A stretch of DNA of 64,000 nucleotides, from the NCBI GenBank assembly GCA_964567625.1, contig CAZMNK010000005.1:343-64342 (forward strand), written 5' to 3'. This document shows positions 35,565-47,359 of the stretch, in pieces. Under the pieces are notes generated by a model, which was given only the letters and a program-made list of their open reading frames with translations, had not been told where the DNA came from and made no database searches. Within the stretch, counting starts at the first letter, position 1. The number at the start of each line of letters is the position of its first letter. Origin of the DNA: an uncultured Enterobacterales bacterium. Its GTDB lineage: Bacteria > Myxococcota_A > UBA796 > CAJQPC01. Position numbers and translations under genes: made by a program.

Positions 35565-37304
35565 CTATCCTTCGCTCGCAGCAGGGGCCATGCGCCCTGA
35601 AACGGCCCAGGCCGCCACCGGAAGCAGCGGTAAGAGCAAGATCACCAGGGTGATGGCCACCGTGTCTCCATGCCCCGATGCCAGGCGGGGCCAGTTGTAG
35701 ATGAACAGGTCCGCCGTGTAGTGGGAGAGCACGACGGTCAAGGCATCGTACCGGAAGAAGGCCCACCCCCAGACCAGGCCGATGGAGGCCATGGCGACCG
35801 CACGACCCCACCAGGGGTGCTCGGGTGGAAGGAAGCTGAAATTGGTGTGCACCAGTCCATAGATCAGAGCGGGCACCAGGATGGCCACCCACCTTCGGCC
35901 GGTCTTGGCTTCCAGCCAGGTCCCCAGGAACAGTCGATACCCGATCTCCTCCCCCAGGGCGATGGGCAGAAAGATCAGCAGGGACATCAGGGCTGGCGAG
36001 GAGGCGTTGAGCACCGTCAGGAAGTAGAAGCGGGGCTGCAGGTCGATCCGGCCGCCGGTGGCCCAGACCTCCAGGCCGACCACGACCGAGAGCACCAGCC
36101 CACAGACAAGGCCGATGGCAAATCCACGGGCAGCCGCAGCGGCCACTCTGGGGTGCCCGAACTTCCCGGCGGACAGGAGCCACAGGGAAGCTCCACGGTT
36201 GGCCCCAGACGCGCGATCCACGGCGTCGCCTGCGGCGATCACGGCCAGGATTACGATGAACACCCAGGCCATGTGGACGTGGTACTGGAGCAGTTCCACG
36301 GTGTCGGAGACCCACCGGGGCCAGAGGGTCTCCCACTTTCCGAAGAGCCAGGACTGCCGCAGCAGGCTGGTGGTGAGGAGACAGAAGGCCACCACACCGG
36401 TCCAGCGCAGGGCGCCCTTGAGCTGGACCTTGCCCTCCTGGAGTCGATTCAGAAACACCAGGAAGGCGGTCACGGCGCCCAGGGCCAGCAGGGCAAAGCC
36501 AATGGCCTCCGCGAATTTTCGCGGCGCCTCGGCGGCCTTGGCGGCCCGGCGGGCCTTGGCGGGGACCTCCAGTTCGTGGCCGGCAAAGCTGACCTCCCCG
36601 CCGCGGATGCTCACCGACAGCCGTTGATCCAGCCTGGGCTCCTTGGAGACCCGGCGTCGCCAGGTCAGCACGTGGTCGATCCGGGATCCGCGGTTGGTGG
36701 TCGCTGCAGAGACCTCTCGGAACTGGGAAACGTCCAGTCCCAGCCCGTCACGGATCGCCACGTGGGCCCGCTTTCGGGCGTCCTCCACGGAGAGCTTCTC
36801 CCCGCGCTCGTCATCCTGGATCGCCCGCCTCCAGGCCAGGATTCCCCGCTCGGGGTGAATGTCTACTCGCCAGACGACCCGGTTGCCGCGCTCCTTGAAC
36901 AGGACCTCGTAGAAGTAGAGCCTGTGGCCGTCTCGGATGAGATCCTGGACGCCTTCACGAGGGAGGATCTCCTCGACGTGATCCAGGTCCTGGGCGTTTA
37001 TCCGCAGCTTCACCGACGCCTGGGCGTTCTCGGCCGCAAAGCCCTGGGTCACCAGGAACTGGCGGGCTTCCTGGATCAACTCGGTCCGGTCCGCGTCCAG
37101 GTCCATGTCCGGCAGAGGCCAGAGCACGGGCAGGGCGAACAGGACCAGCCCTGCACAGAGCAAGGCAAGAAAGGCCAGAACACGGTCGGAGCGGGACAAG
37201 GCGCGGGGTGTGTATCCCCTTGCCCAGGCAGCGCCGATGCCATGGAGCAACGAGGGAGTTCCGATCTGCGCGCCGAAGGGAATTGCGGGGGGCGAGCCCT
37301 CCAT
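35565..37304 (-). CDS. CPBP family intramembrane glutamic endopeptidase with a large N-terminal extracytoplasmic region
   Basis: 579 aa. CPBP motifs LGEEIGYRLFL (EExxxR) and LIYGLVHTNF. Multiple TM segments in the C-terminal half. Confidence 0.75.
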   Translation of the reverse strand: MEGSPPAIPFGAQIGTPSLLHGIGAAWARGYTPRALSRSDRVLAFLALLCAGLVLFALPVLWPLPDMDLDADRTELIQEARQFLVTQGFAAENAQASVKLRINAQDLDHVEEILPREGVQDLIRDGHRLYFYEVLFKERGNRVVWRVDIHPERGILAWRRAIQDDERGEKLSVEDARKRAHVAIRDGLGLDVSQFREVSAATTNRGSRIDHVLTWRRRVSKEPRLDQRLSVSIRGGEVSFAGHELEVPAKARRAAKAAEAPRKFAEAIGFALLALGAVTAFLVFLNRLQEGKVQLKGALRWTGVVAFCLLTTSLLRQSWLFGKWETLWPRWVSDTVELLQYHVHMAWVFIVILAVIAAGDAVDRASGANRGASLWLLSAGKFGHPRVAAAAARGFAIGLVCGLVLSVVVGLEVWATGGRIDLQPRFYFLTVLNASSPALMSLLIFLPIALGEEIGYRLFLGTWLEAKTGRRWVAILVPALIYGLVHTNFSFLPPEHPWWGRAVAMASIGLVWGWAFFRYDALTVVLSHYTADLFIYNWPRLASGHGDTVAITLVILLLPLLPVAAWAVSGRMAPAASEG

Positions 37305-37585
37305 GCCGAGACAAACCCTGACAAGCGCCTAAAACCCCTTTCATCCTCAAGACTTGCGCGTTCTGTCCGATGGAAGGGGCCGGAAGACAAGCTGCAGTTG
37401 CCGGGTTGTTCGTGCAAAGTGAAGTGTGAGTGGACCCCTGGGTCCCGACGACGCTGATCACCTCGACTCTGTAGTTCTCACATCGCGGAGCCTCTTCATC
37501 AAGAGAGGCACCCCCCATCGACCGGCCAGGTCGGGCGCTGTCGTCGTCGCCCCGCGACGGGATCGCCCCGCCAAGAGGAGACCCC

Positions 37586-39640
37586 ATGAGTACATCCCAG
37601 CCTGCCACCACCGATCGCCTGCTCGGCATGATCGCCGAGCTGCAAGATGTCGAACAGTTCCGTGCCGAGAACTGGGAAGGGAGCTTCGCCGACTACCTCA
37701 ATGTGGTCCGGCAGAACCCCGAGGTCTGCCGAAACGCCTATCAGCGTCTCTACGACCTGATCTGCCGCTTCGGGACCGAGGAATACACCGAGTACAAGAA
37801 GCGGATCGTCCGCTACAAGTTCTTCGACGATCCCTTCGGCCATGGCAAGGACGCGGTCTACGGCATCGACGTCCACCTGATGAAGCTGCTCCATGTGCTC
37901 AAGAGCGCTGCCCTGGGCTACGGCTCCGAGAAGCGGGTGATCCTTCTTCACGGCCCGGTGGGCTCTGCCAAGAGCACGATCGTGCGGCTGCTCAAGAAGG
38001 GCCTGGAGTGGTACAGCCGGCAGCCCGAGGGGGCCCTCTATACCTTCGACTGGGTAATGCCCGATGGCAGTGTGGTCCCCAGTCCCCTGAACGAGGAGCC
38101 GCTGAAGCTGGTCCCCCTGGACATGCGTGTGGCCTTCCTCAAGGAACTGAACCAGGCGACCGAGGGTCGCTACCCCATCGCGCTGGAAGGGGACCTGGAC
38201 CCCGTCAGCCGCTTTTTGTACAAGAAAGGCCTGAAGGAGGTCGACGGAGACTGGAGCCGCCTGATCGAGACCGTGCGGATCCGGCGGGTCATCCTCAGTG
38301 AGAAGGACCGGGTGGGAATCGGGACCTTCCAGCCCAAGGACGAAAAGAACCAGGACTCCACGGAGCTGACCGGTGACGTCAACTACCGGAAGCTGGCGGA
38401 ATTCGGATCGGACTCCGATCCGAGGGCCTTCAACTTCGACGGGGAGTTCTGTGTCGCCAACCGGGGCCTCATCGAGTTCGTCGAGGTGCTCAAGCTCGAC
38501 GTGGCCTTCCTCTACGACCTGCTGGGTGCCAGCCAGGAACACGTGATCAAGCCCAAGAAATTTGCCCAGACCGCCATCGACGAGGTGATCATCGGGCACA
38601 CCAACGAGCCCGAATACCGCAAGCTCACCAGCAACGAGTTCATGGAGGCCTTGCGGGATCGAACCATCAAGATCGACATTCCCTACATCACCAAGTGGCA
38701 TGAGGAGGCCCGGATCTACGAACGGGACTTCCACAGCGACCGGGTGCACAAGCACGTGGCTCCCCACACCCTGGAGATGGCGGCGATGTGGGCGGTGCTG
38801 ACCCGACTCGAAGAGCCCAAGAAACACAACCTGACCATCGCCCAGAAGCTCAAGCTCTACGACGGCAAGATGCTCCCCGGGTTCACCGAGGACAACGTCA
38901 AGGAACTGCGCAAGGGGGCTCGCCGGGAAGGCCTGGGGGGCATCTCTCCCCGCTTTGTCCAGGACAAGCTCTCCAACGCACTGGTGCGCGAGGTCGACGT
39001 GCCGAGCATCAACCCCTTCATGGTGCTCAACGAACTGGAGAGTGGCCTGAACCACCACTCGCTGATCTCCGACGAGGAGACCCGCAAGCGGTACAAGGAC
39101 CTGCTGACCGTGGTGAAGCAGGAGTACGACGCCATCGTGAAGAACGAGGTGCAGAAGGCCATCACAGCAGACGAGGGCGCCATCGCCCGGCTGTGCGCCA
39201 ACTACATCGACAACGTCAAGGCCTACACCCAGAAGGAGAAGGTCAAGAATGCCTTCACCGGGGCCTACGAGGAGCCGGACGAGCGACTCATGCGCTCGAT
39301 CGAGGAGAAGATCGAGATCGCCGATTCCCGCAAGGACGACTTCCGCCGGGAGATCATGAACTACATCGGGGCCCTGGCCGTCGATGGCAAGTCCTTTGAC
39401 TACAAGACCAATGAGCGGCTGCACAAGGCCCTGGAGCTCAAGCTCTTCGAGGACCAGAAGGACAGCATCAAGCTGACCAGCCTGGTCAGCCAGGTGGTCG
39501 ACAAGGACACCCAGGCCAAGATCGACGTGGTGAAACAACGCCTCATCGATCGCTATGGCTACGACGATCACAGTGCGACCGATGTGTTGAACTACGTGGC
39601 CTCGATCTTTGCTCGCGGGGACGCCAAGGACACCGAGTAG
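37586..39640 (+). CDS. prkA: PrkA family serine protein kinase (AAA-like N-domain)
   Basis: 684 aa. [26 protein letters not shown]. Walker [13 protein letters not shown]. High similarity by eye to YeaG/PrkA throughout. Confidence 0.92.
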   Translation: MSTSQPATTDRLLGMIAELQDVEQFRAENWEGSFADYLNVVRQNPEVCRNAYQRLYDLICRFGTEEYTEYKKRIVRYKFFDDPFGHGKDAVYGIDVHLMKLLHVLKSAALGYGSEKRVILLHGPVGSAKSTIVRLLKKGLEWYSRQPEGALYTFDWVMPDGSVVPSPLNEEPLKLVPLDMRVAFLKELNQATEGRYPIALEGDLDPVSRFLYKKGLKEVDGDWSRLIETVRIRRVILSEKDRVGIGTFQPKDEKNQDSTELTGDVNYRKLAEFGSDSDPRAFNFDGEFCVANRGLIEFVEVLKLDVAFLYDLLGASQEHVIKPKKFAQTAIDEVIIGHTNEPEYRKLTSNEFMEALRDRTIKIDIPYITKWHEEARIYERDFHSDRVHKHVAPHTLEMAAMWAVLTRLEEPKKHNLTIAQKLKLYDGKMLPGFTEDNVKELRKGARREGLGGISPRFVQDKLSNALVREVDVPSINPFMVLNELESGLNHHSLISDEETRKRYKDLLTVVKQEYDAIVKNEVQKAITADEGAIARLCANYIDNVKAYTQKEKVKNAFTGAYEEPDERLMRSIEEKIEIADSRKDDFRREIMNYIGALAVDGKSFDYKTNERLHKALELKLFEDQKDSIKLTSLVSQVVDKDTQAKIDVVKQRLIDRYGYDDHSATDVLNYVASIFARGDAKDTE

Positions 39641-39646
39641 GGCCCG

Positions 39647-40725
39647 ATGCCTCTCCCGATCGAGAACGATCTCTACCGCTTCCGGTCCATCGTCAAGGGC
39701 CGGCTGCGCAAGGATCTTCGCCGGTACATGGGATCGGGAGAGTTGCTGGGCAAGCAGGGGGACAAGGTCGTCTCGATTCCCCTGCCTCAGATCCAGATCC
39801 CCCGGTTCCGCTACGGCAAGAACATGGGAGGGGTGGGCCAGGGCGAAGGCGAAGGCAAGGGCAGTGGCCAGGGCGAGGCAGGTGACCAGCCTGGTGAGCA
39901 CCTGCTCGAGGTGGACATCTCCCTCGAAGAACTCGCGGAGATCCTGGGTGAGGAGTTGGAGCTACCGAACATCGAACCCAGGGGCCAGAAGGAGGTCACC
40001 AGCGCCCGGGACCGGTATGTGGGCATCTCCAGGCAGGGCCCCGAAGCCCTGAGGCATGGGCGGCGGACCTACAAGACGGCGTTGAAGCGCCAGATCGCCA
40101 GCGGGACCTATGAAAAGGGCAACCCGATCGTCATTCCCTACAAGGAGGATCGGCGCTACCGCACCTGGAAGGCCCAGACCAACCCCCAGAGCGCCGCGGT
40201 CGTTGTCTACATGATGGATGTCTCGGGTTCGATGGGCCAGGAGCAGAAGGAGATCGTGCGCCGGGAGACCTTCTGGATCGATACCTGGCTGCGACACCAG
40301 TACAAGAACGTCGTCACGCGGTTCATCATCCACGACGCCGTGGCTCGGGAGGTCGACCGTCACACGTTCTTCCGCACCCGGGAGAGTGGCGGCACCCTGA
40401 TCAGTTCGGCCTACAACCTGGCCATGCGCATCCTGGACGAGGACTACCCGGTCCAGGAGTGGAACATCTACCCCTTCCACTTCTCCGATGGGGACAACTG
40501 GTCGGCGGCGGACACCCGGGCCTGCATGGAGCTGTTGAAGACCAGGATGCTGCCCGTCTCCAACCAGTTCTCCTATGGCCAGGTCGAGTCCGAGTACGGT
40601 TCGGGCCAGTTCATCAAGGACCTGGAGGAACACTTCAAGGAGGAGGAGTCTGTGGTGCTCACGCGCATTCCGGATCGTGACGCGATCATGGATTCGATCA
40701 AGGGCTTCCTGGGAGCGGGAAACTG

Positions 40726-40726
<1 letters not shown>
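39647..40726 (+). CDS. YeaH/YhbH family protein (DUF444, vWA-like)
   Basis: 359 aa. [22 protein letters not shown]; [13 protein letters not shown]. Confidence 0.9.
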
Positions 40727-42246
<1,520 letters not shown>

Positions 42247-42322
42247 ACCAGGAGTTCAAGAGTTGGGAGCCTGGCCCTGTGGAAGCAGGCGTTCGCTCAT
42301 TGGGGCGCAGGGAGGTTGCGGG

Positions 42323-42778
42323 ATGAGCCGACTGTCCGATGCCCTGCGGGACAAGCTCAAGCTTCCTGGTGTGGGGGATGGTCCCGTGGTGGTGGACAAC
42401 GAACTTGGCTCGGTGGAGGTGGACCTGTCGGCCAAGGGCCCCATTGGTGCCAAGGTTCAGCGGGTTCGGGTGGAGTCTCGAAACCCGACCGACCTGGGGG
42501 AGCAGGCCCGGCGCATCTGCGACCGGGTTCGGGGGCTGGGCGAGCGGTTGGTTCCGGTCGAGGTCGACCCGCGTATCGGGGGAGCAGTGCTGCGGAGCGA
42601 CCCCGCTGACATGCGCGGCAAGCGCTACTTCGAGGTCGGTCTGGACGGCAAGGGAGCGACCCTGGAGCGGTACAAGGCCAGGGAAGGCGGAGGCCGAGAC
42701 CGGGAGCCCTTCGAGGTCACCCAGGAACAACTGGGGCGACTGGTGGATGACCTGTCGGAGGGCCTGGCCGGGGAGTGA
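42323..42778 (+). CDS. Hypothetical protein (151 aa) trailing the prkA operon
   Basis: ATG 42323 is preceded by GGAGG at 42311-42315. No recognisable motif, no signal peptide. The ORF-track start 42188 overlaps spoVR and is rejected. Confidence 0.5.
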   Translation: MSRLSDALRDKLKLPGVGDGPVVVDNELGSVEVDLSAKGPIGAKVQRVRVESRNPTDLGEQARRICDRVRGLGERLVPVEVDPRIGGAVLRSDPADMRGKRYFEVGLDGKGATLERYKAREGGGRDREPFEVTQEQLGRLVDDLSEGLAGE

Positions 42779-42817
42779 ACCTGCGGGTCCGCGGGCCCGT
42801 TCCTTGTCCACCAGGGT

Positions 42818-44593
42818 ATGAGGGGCGTTGTGGACACCCTTCGTCGATACCTCCCCTGGACGGACCTGGCCGGCTACGGTCGAAGGGAGTTCGTTCCAGA
42901 CCTGGTCGCGGCCCTGGCGGTCACCTTTCTCTGCATCCCCCAGGGCATTGCCTACGCGCTGATCGCGGGACTCCCCCCGGCGATGGGACTCTATGCGGCA
43001 GCGCTGCCTGCGATCGTGGCGTCCCTCTTTCGGACTTCGCGCCACCTGGTCACCGGCCCGACCAATGCGGTGAGCCTGCTGGTGGGGTCCGCCTTTGCCA
43101 CGGGTATCTACAGCGATCCTGCGACGGCTGCCGTGACCCTGGCGCTGATGGTGGGGATGCTCCAGGTGTTCGCTGGCGTCCTGCGGCTGGGAACCCTGGT
43201 CGACTACATCTCCGGTTCCGTGGTGCTCGGTTTTGTGACCGGGGCGGCGATTCTCATCGGGGTGGGACAGCTCTCCAATGTGACAGCCACGGCGGGGACG
43301 ACCGGGTCCCTCCTGGTCCAGCTCCTGGCCTGGGGTGGAGACCTGGCCCAGGCGGACGTCCTGTCGGTGGCCATCGCACTGGGCACCGCCGCCACCATCG
43401 TCCTGCTCAAGAGGTTTCTCCCGCGCGCCCCCGCTGCGATCATCGCCCTGGGGCTGGCGACCGTGGTGAGCATGTTCCTGGGCTCTGCCACCAGCCTGCG
43501 CACGGTCGCGGACCTGGCACCGATTGGCGCCAGCTTCCCGCCGGTCACCATGCCGGATCTTGCCCTCCTGTCGGAGTTGTTGCCCCTGGCGGTGGCGGTG
43601 ATGGTCCTGAGCGTCGTGGAGAGCACCTCGATTGCCCGGACGATCGCCACCCGCAGCGGCCAGCGCCTGGACATCAGCGTGGAGTTCACAGGCGAAGGCC
43701 TGGGCAACATCGTGGCGGGTTTCTTTGGCGGCTACCCGGTCACCGGTAGCCTGTCCCGGTCCTCCCTGAACGAACGCGAGGGGGCCCGTACCCGAATGGC
43801 CGGCGTGCTGTCGGGCCTGATGGTCCTGGTGTCCCTGGTGCTGCTGGGGCCCGCCCTGGGGCACATTCCCATCGCCGCTCTGGCCGGCCTCTTGTTGGTG
43901 GTGGCTGCCCGCCTGATTCACGTGGGCGAGATCCTCACCACCCTTCGCAGTCACAGTGGTGATCGAATTGCATTTGCGGCCACCTTGCTGGGGACCTTTG
44001 TGCTCCACCTGGACCAGGCGATCTACCTGGGGGTCGGCATCTCCCTGGTCATGGTCCTGCGCCGTGCTCGCCTGTTGCGCTTCCGTGACCTGGTGATCGA
44101 TGCCCAGGGCCACATTCGAGAGGTCGCCCGACGGGTTCGGGGGGTGCATGCCCCCATTCCCGAGGGTGTCCGCTACTGCGCGAGTGTCCATGTGCTCAAC
44201 GTCGAGGGCAGCCTGTTCTTTGCGGCTGCAGGGGAGCTTCAGCTCGCGGTCGAGGACGTCCTGCGCCAGGAGGACATCCAGGTGTTGGTGCTCCGGCTCA
44301 AGCGGGTCCGAAACCTCGACGTGACCTCGGTGCGGGAGTTGATCAACGTTGCGGCCACCATGGGCCAGAGAGGTGGCAAGCTCCTGGTGGTCGGGGTCAG
44401 CCCGGGCTCGATGTCCTACCTGGGACGGACCGGGGCGATGGAGGTTCTGGGCCAGGAGAACCTCTTTCCCACCAGGGACGACCACTGGTTCGCTGCCCTG
44501 GAGGACGCCCTTCGCGCCTCCCTGGACAGGGTGGGAGACCATGGCTGTGGAGAGGACTGCCCGTACCAGGGATGGCTGTCGGATCGCCGCTGA
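42818..44593 (+). CDS. SulP family inorganic anion transporter with C-terminal STAS domain
   Basis: 591 aa. FVPDLVAALAVTFLCIPQGIAYALIAGLPPAMGLYAA. C-terminal STAS-like VLNVEGSLFFAAAGEL. Confidence 0.9.
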   Translation: MRGVVDTLRRYLPWTDLAGYGRREFVPDLVAALAVTFLCIPQGIAYALIAGLPPAMGLYAAALPAIVASLFRTSRHLVTGPTNAVSLLVGSAFATGIYSDPATAAVTLALMVGMLQVFAGVLRLGTLVDYISGSVVLGFVTGAAILIGVGQLSNVTATAGTTGSLLVQLLAWGGDLAQADVLSVAIALGTAATIVLLKRFLPRAPAAIIALGLATVVSMFLGSATSLRTVADLAPIGASFPPVTMPDLALLSELLPLAVAVMVLSVVESTSIARTIATRSGQRLDISVEFTGEGLGNIVAGFFGGYPVTGSLSRSSLNEREGARTRMAGVLSGLMVLVSLVLLGPALGHIPIAALAGLLLVVAARLIHVGEILTTLRSHSGDRIAFAATLLGTFVLHLDQAIYLGVGISLVMVLRRARLLRFRDLVIDAQGHIREVARRVRGVHAPIPEGVRYCASVHVLNVEGSLFFAAAGELQLAVEDVLRQEDIQVLVLRLKRVRNLDVTSVRELINVAATMGQRGGKLLVVGVSPGSMSYLGRTGAMEVLGQENLFPTRDDHWFAALEDALRASLDRVGDHGCGEDCPYQGWLSDRR

Positions 44594-44617
44594 GCATCCG
44601 AGGGTTAGGCCCCTGAC

Positions 44618-45523
44618 ATGCTGACCCTGACCCTGACCCTGACCCTGCTGTCCTGTACCGGCACAACGACTGGTGACGATTCGGGCCTCGAGCCTGCGTT
44701 GGAGTACGTCTTCTCCTTTGCGCTGATCGCGGATCCCCACATCGTCTCCGACCCGGAGCACGAGGAACGGCTGATCCAGGTGCGGGACTGGCTCGACGCC
44801 GAGGCGGAGGACCGCGGCCTGGAGCTGGTGCTCGTCCTGGGAGACATTGGCTGGGGCGAGGGCCTGGACCGCTCCCACGAGTTGCTGGAGGCGTTCTCCC
44901 TTCCCTGGGTGCCTGTCGCCGGGGACAACATGTTGCATGTGGGCGACGAGGAGCGCTGGCAACAGGTCTTCGACCCCCAGCTGCAGGTCCTGGAAGAGAC
45001 CTTTGACGACTTCCGAGAGGCGCCCCAGCCCACGTACAACCCGGATTGGGAACGGGACTCCTGGTTCGCCAACTACACCTTTGCCCACAAGGGTGTGACG
45101 TTCATGGTGCTGGACTGGTGCTCTCGATCGGACGAACCCATCTACGGGGACACCGCCGATCTGCACGACTTCGAGGGGGGCACCTTTGACTGGTTCAAGG
45201 GGGAGGTGACGTCCCTTGAAGAGGGCCCCGACGAGTCGGTGGTCATGGCCTCACACATGGCCATGCACCTGGGCCCGGGGTCTTTCAACATCGCCATGGA
45301 CGAAGAACTGGAGGGCTGGGCTGGCGCCTATGAGGATCGGCTGGCGCTCAGCGTGGGGGGACACCTGCACCTGGACGTGGACGACACGGCCAGCGTGGGT
45401 GGCTGGGAGGTTCACGTGCTCGATGCCACCTGGGACGACGCGCTTTCCCTGTCCATTGTCGACGTCTGGGGGAATGGTCGGCGACACGCCTACGAGATCG
45501 AGCGGCATGTGCTGGATCGATAG
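44618..45523 (+). CDS. Lipoprotein, calcineurin-like metallophosphoesterase
   Basis: 301 aa. Leader MLTLTLTLTLLSC. FALIADPHIV (DxH), VLVLGDIGW (GD), VAGDNM. Confidence 0.6.
   Translation: MLTLTLTLTLLSCTGTTTGDDSGLEPALEYVFSFALIADPHIVSDPEHEERLIQVRDWLDAEAEDRGLELVLVLGDIGWGEGLDRSHELLEAFSLPWVPVAGDNMLHVGDEERWQQVFDPQLQVLEETFDDFREAPQPTYNPDWERDSWFANYTFAHKGVTFMVLDWCSRSDEPIYGDTADLHDFEGGTFDWFKGEVTSLEEGPDESVVMASHMAMHLGPGSFNIAMDEELEGWAGAYEDRLALSVGGHLHLDVDDTASVGGWEVHVLDATWDDALSLSIVDVWGNGRRHAYEIERHVLDR
44621..44647 (+). repeat. (CTGACC)4-CTG hexanucleotide tandem repeat inside the signal peptide
   Basis: CTGACC occurs 4 times starting right after the ATG. Encodes LTLTLTLTL. Confidence 0.9.
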
Positions 45524-45665
45524 CGTATCGAAGACGCCGTGGGTTGTTGCCTGAGCGTTTTTCCAGGCCGAAGGGGGCACTTTGGGGCTGCGTTGATTAG
45601 ACGCGGAGCCAGATGGACACTCGGGACTCTGTGGAAAGTCACAGACAGCGTCTCCGGGAAATCCA

Positions 45666-45956
45666 ATGCTTCTGACGGAGAAGACCATGCAGCAACTCAA
45701 GACTGACATCAAGGAACTGATCGTTCGCGCTCTCATGCTCGAAGAGGTCTCCCCCGCCGAGATCGAGGACGCAGCGCCTCTCTTCGGGGAAGGGTTGGGG
45801 CTCGACTCCGTGGATGCCCTGGAGCTTGCCATCGAGATCGAGCGGACCTTCAACATCACGATTCCCGATGACGAGGACAACCGGAAGATCTTCCGGTCCG
45901 TGGATACCCTTGCCACCTTTATTTCTGCCAATCGTACAGCGGCTCAGGCCAAGTAG
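45666..45956 (+). CDS. Acyl carrier protein
   Basis: Phosphopantetheine attachment motif GLGLDSVDALELAIEIE. An alternative start, ATG 45687, has GGAG 8 nt upstream (89 aa). Confidence 0.85.
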   Translation: MLLTEKTMQQLKTDIKELIVRALMLEEVSPAEIEDAAPLFGEGLGLDSVDALELAIEIERTFNITIPDDEDNRKIFRSVDTLATFISANRTAAQAK

Positions 45957-45965
45957 GAGCGTGTC

Positions 45966-47309
45966 ATGAAGATCCGTCTGATCTACCCCACCTGGGAACG
46001 AATCTACTACCAGACCAAGTACATTCTCCCGCCCCTGGGCGTCATCACGATGGCCTCGACCATCCCGGGAGAGCACGAGGTCAACCTGACCGATGAGAAT
46101 GTCGAGACCATCGACTTCGAAGAGGATGTCGACCTGGTCATGATCTCCACGATGCTGCTGGCCCAGGCCAAGCGTGGGTGGGAAGTCGCTGACGAATTCC
46201 GTCGCCGTGGCAAGACCGTCGTGCTGGGTGGGCTTTCCGTCACCACCCTGCCCGAGCTGGCTGCCGAGCACGCCGATGCCATCGTCATCGGCGAGGCAGA
46301 GGGGGTGGTGCCCCAGTTGATCAAGGACTTCCAGAACGGCCAGCTCAAGCGTGTCTACCAGCGTCCGGCCTACGTGGCGGGCGACGACATGGAGAAGCCC
46401 CGTCGGGACCTGCTCAACAAGCCCCTGTACAACTACCGGGGTGTCGAGATGCTCGACCTGATCGAGACCACGCGGGGTTGTCGCTTCGGTTGCTACCCCT
46501 GCCAGGTTCCCTTCGTGTCCGGCACCAAGCACCGGATCAAGGCCATCGATCGTGTGATCGAGGAGATGGCCTCCATTCCGAACGAGCGGCTGTTCATCGT
46601 GGACAACTCGCTGGAGCAGAACGAGCAGCACCAGAAGGAGCTGTTCCAGGCGATGATCGACGCGGACCTTGGCAAGAAGTGGGTCGCCCACCCGATCTCG
46701 GTCAAGCCGGAGATCCTGGACCTCGCCGCCCGTTCCGGCTGCTGGTACGTCTACCACGCCATTCACAAGCCCTCGGACCTGATGCGCGAGCGCATCAAGA
46801 TGCACCATGACTTCGGCATCGGTGTCGAGGGCACCATCATGGTGGGCCTGGACAACCACAACAAGGACATCTTCCGCGAGCTGACCGACTTCTTGTTGGA
46901 ATGCGACCTGGACCTGGCGGAGTTCACCGTGCTGACGCCGTTCCCCGGCACGCCTGTCTTCGAGAAGATGAAGTCAGAAGGACGCCTGCTCCACACCGAC
47001 TGGAACAAGTACAACGCCGAGCAGGTGGTCTACAAGCCCGCCCAGATGACCCCCGATGAGCTCCAGGAGGGCTACATCTACATGTGGGATGAGTTCTACA
47101 AGGCCATCCCCGAGCGTCATCGCATGTGGCGGCTGTTCAAGCGCCTCTACAAGCGCCACGAGTGGGCGCCTGTCACCACCGCTCCCGGCGATGCCCAGTT
47201 CCAGGCCAAGGGTGCTCCCGGTGCTCGCCTCTGGGGAGGCGTGGTCCAGGGCAACCGCGACCTGGAAGAGGTCAAGAAGGCTCGGGGCGACAACCTGCAG
47301 AACAAGTAG
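45966..47309 (+). CDS. B12-binding domain-containing (class B) radical SAM enzyme
   Basis: 447 aa, AGGAG RBS. N-terminal cobalamin-binding-type region (DLVMISTM...GKTVVLGGLSVT). ETTRGCRFGCYPC = CX3CX2C cluster motif. Confidence 0.88.
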   Translation: MKIRLIYPTWERIYYQTKYILPPLGVITMASTIPGEHEVNLTDENVETIDFEEDVDLVMISTMLLAQAKRGWEVADEFRRRGKTVVLGGLSVTTLPELAAEHADAIVIGEAEGVVPQLIKDFQNGQLKRVYQRPAYVAGDDMEKPRRDLLNKPLYNYRGVEMLDLIETTRGCRFGCYPCQVPFVSGTKHRIKAIDRVIEEMASIPNERLFIVDNSLEQNEQHQKELFQAMIDADLGKKWVAHPISVKPEILDLAARSGCWYVYHAIHKPSDLMRERIKMHHDFGIGVEGTIMVGLDNHNKDIFRELTDFLLECDLDLAEFTVLTPFPGTPVFEKMKSEGRLLHTDWNKYNAEQVVYKPAQMTPDELQEGYIYMWDEFYKAIPERHRMWRLFKRLYKRHEWAPVTTAPGDAQFQAKGAPGARLWGGVVQGNRDLEEVKKARGDNLQNK

Positions 47310-47331
47310 TCCTCGGGATTGCTGAACCGGT

Positions 47332-47356
47332 CTCCTGCCGAACCTCTCGGCGGGAG
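47332..47356. terminator. Hairpin between convergent genes (10-bp stem with one G-U pair, 5-nt loop)
   Basis: CTCCTGCCGA-ACCTC-TCGGCGGGAG sits in the 50-bp gap between the rSAM stop (47309) and the AOS stop (47360). There is no clear U-tract, so intrinsic-terminator function is unproven. Confidence 0.45.
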
Positions 47357-47359
47357 TTC

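Noticed and set aside
35083-36336. ORF-track 5' extensions: 417-aa version of the rmlC-like gene, 406-aa PNGase version (to 13345), 42188 start of the post-spoVR ORF, 10511 start of the HMA-like ORF, 54606/55940/58018/59883 starts of nuoD/H/L/M
   Set aside because: The extensions overlap the preceding gene, bury signal peptides or lipoboxes internally, and have junk-like composition. Internal starts give N-terminal leaders, RBS-like sequences or ATGA/TGATG coupling with the upstream stop.
37499-39901. 800-aa minus-strand ORF antisense to prkA/yeaH
   Set aside because: PrkA and DUF444 on the + strand are unambiguous. The antisense product is repetitive (L/V/G/D/H-rich) and has no recognisable domain.
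45573-45591. Sigma-54-like GGCAC...CTGC element upstream of the ACP gene
   Set aside because: The spacing between the GG and GC dinucleotides is off by 1-2 nt from the TGGCAC-N5-TTGC consensus, and the -12 element is poor. This is not supportable from sequence alone.
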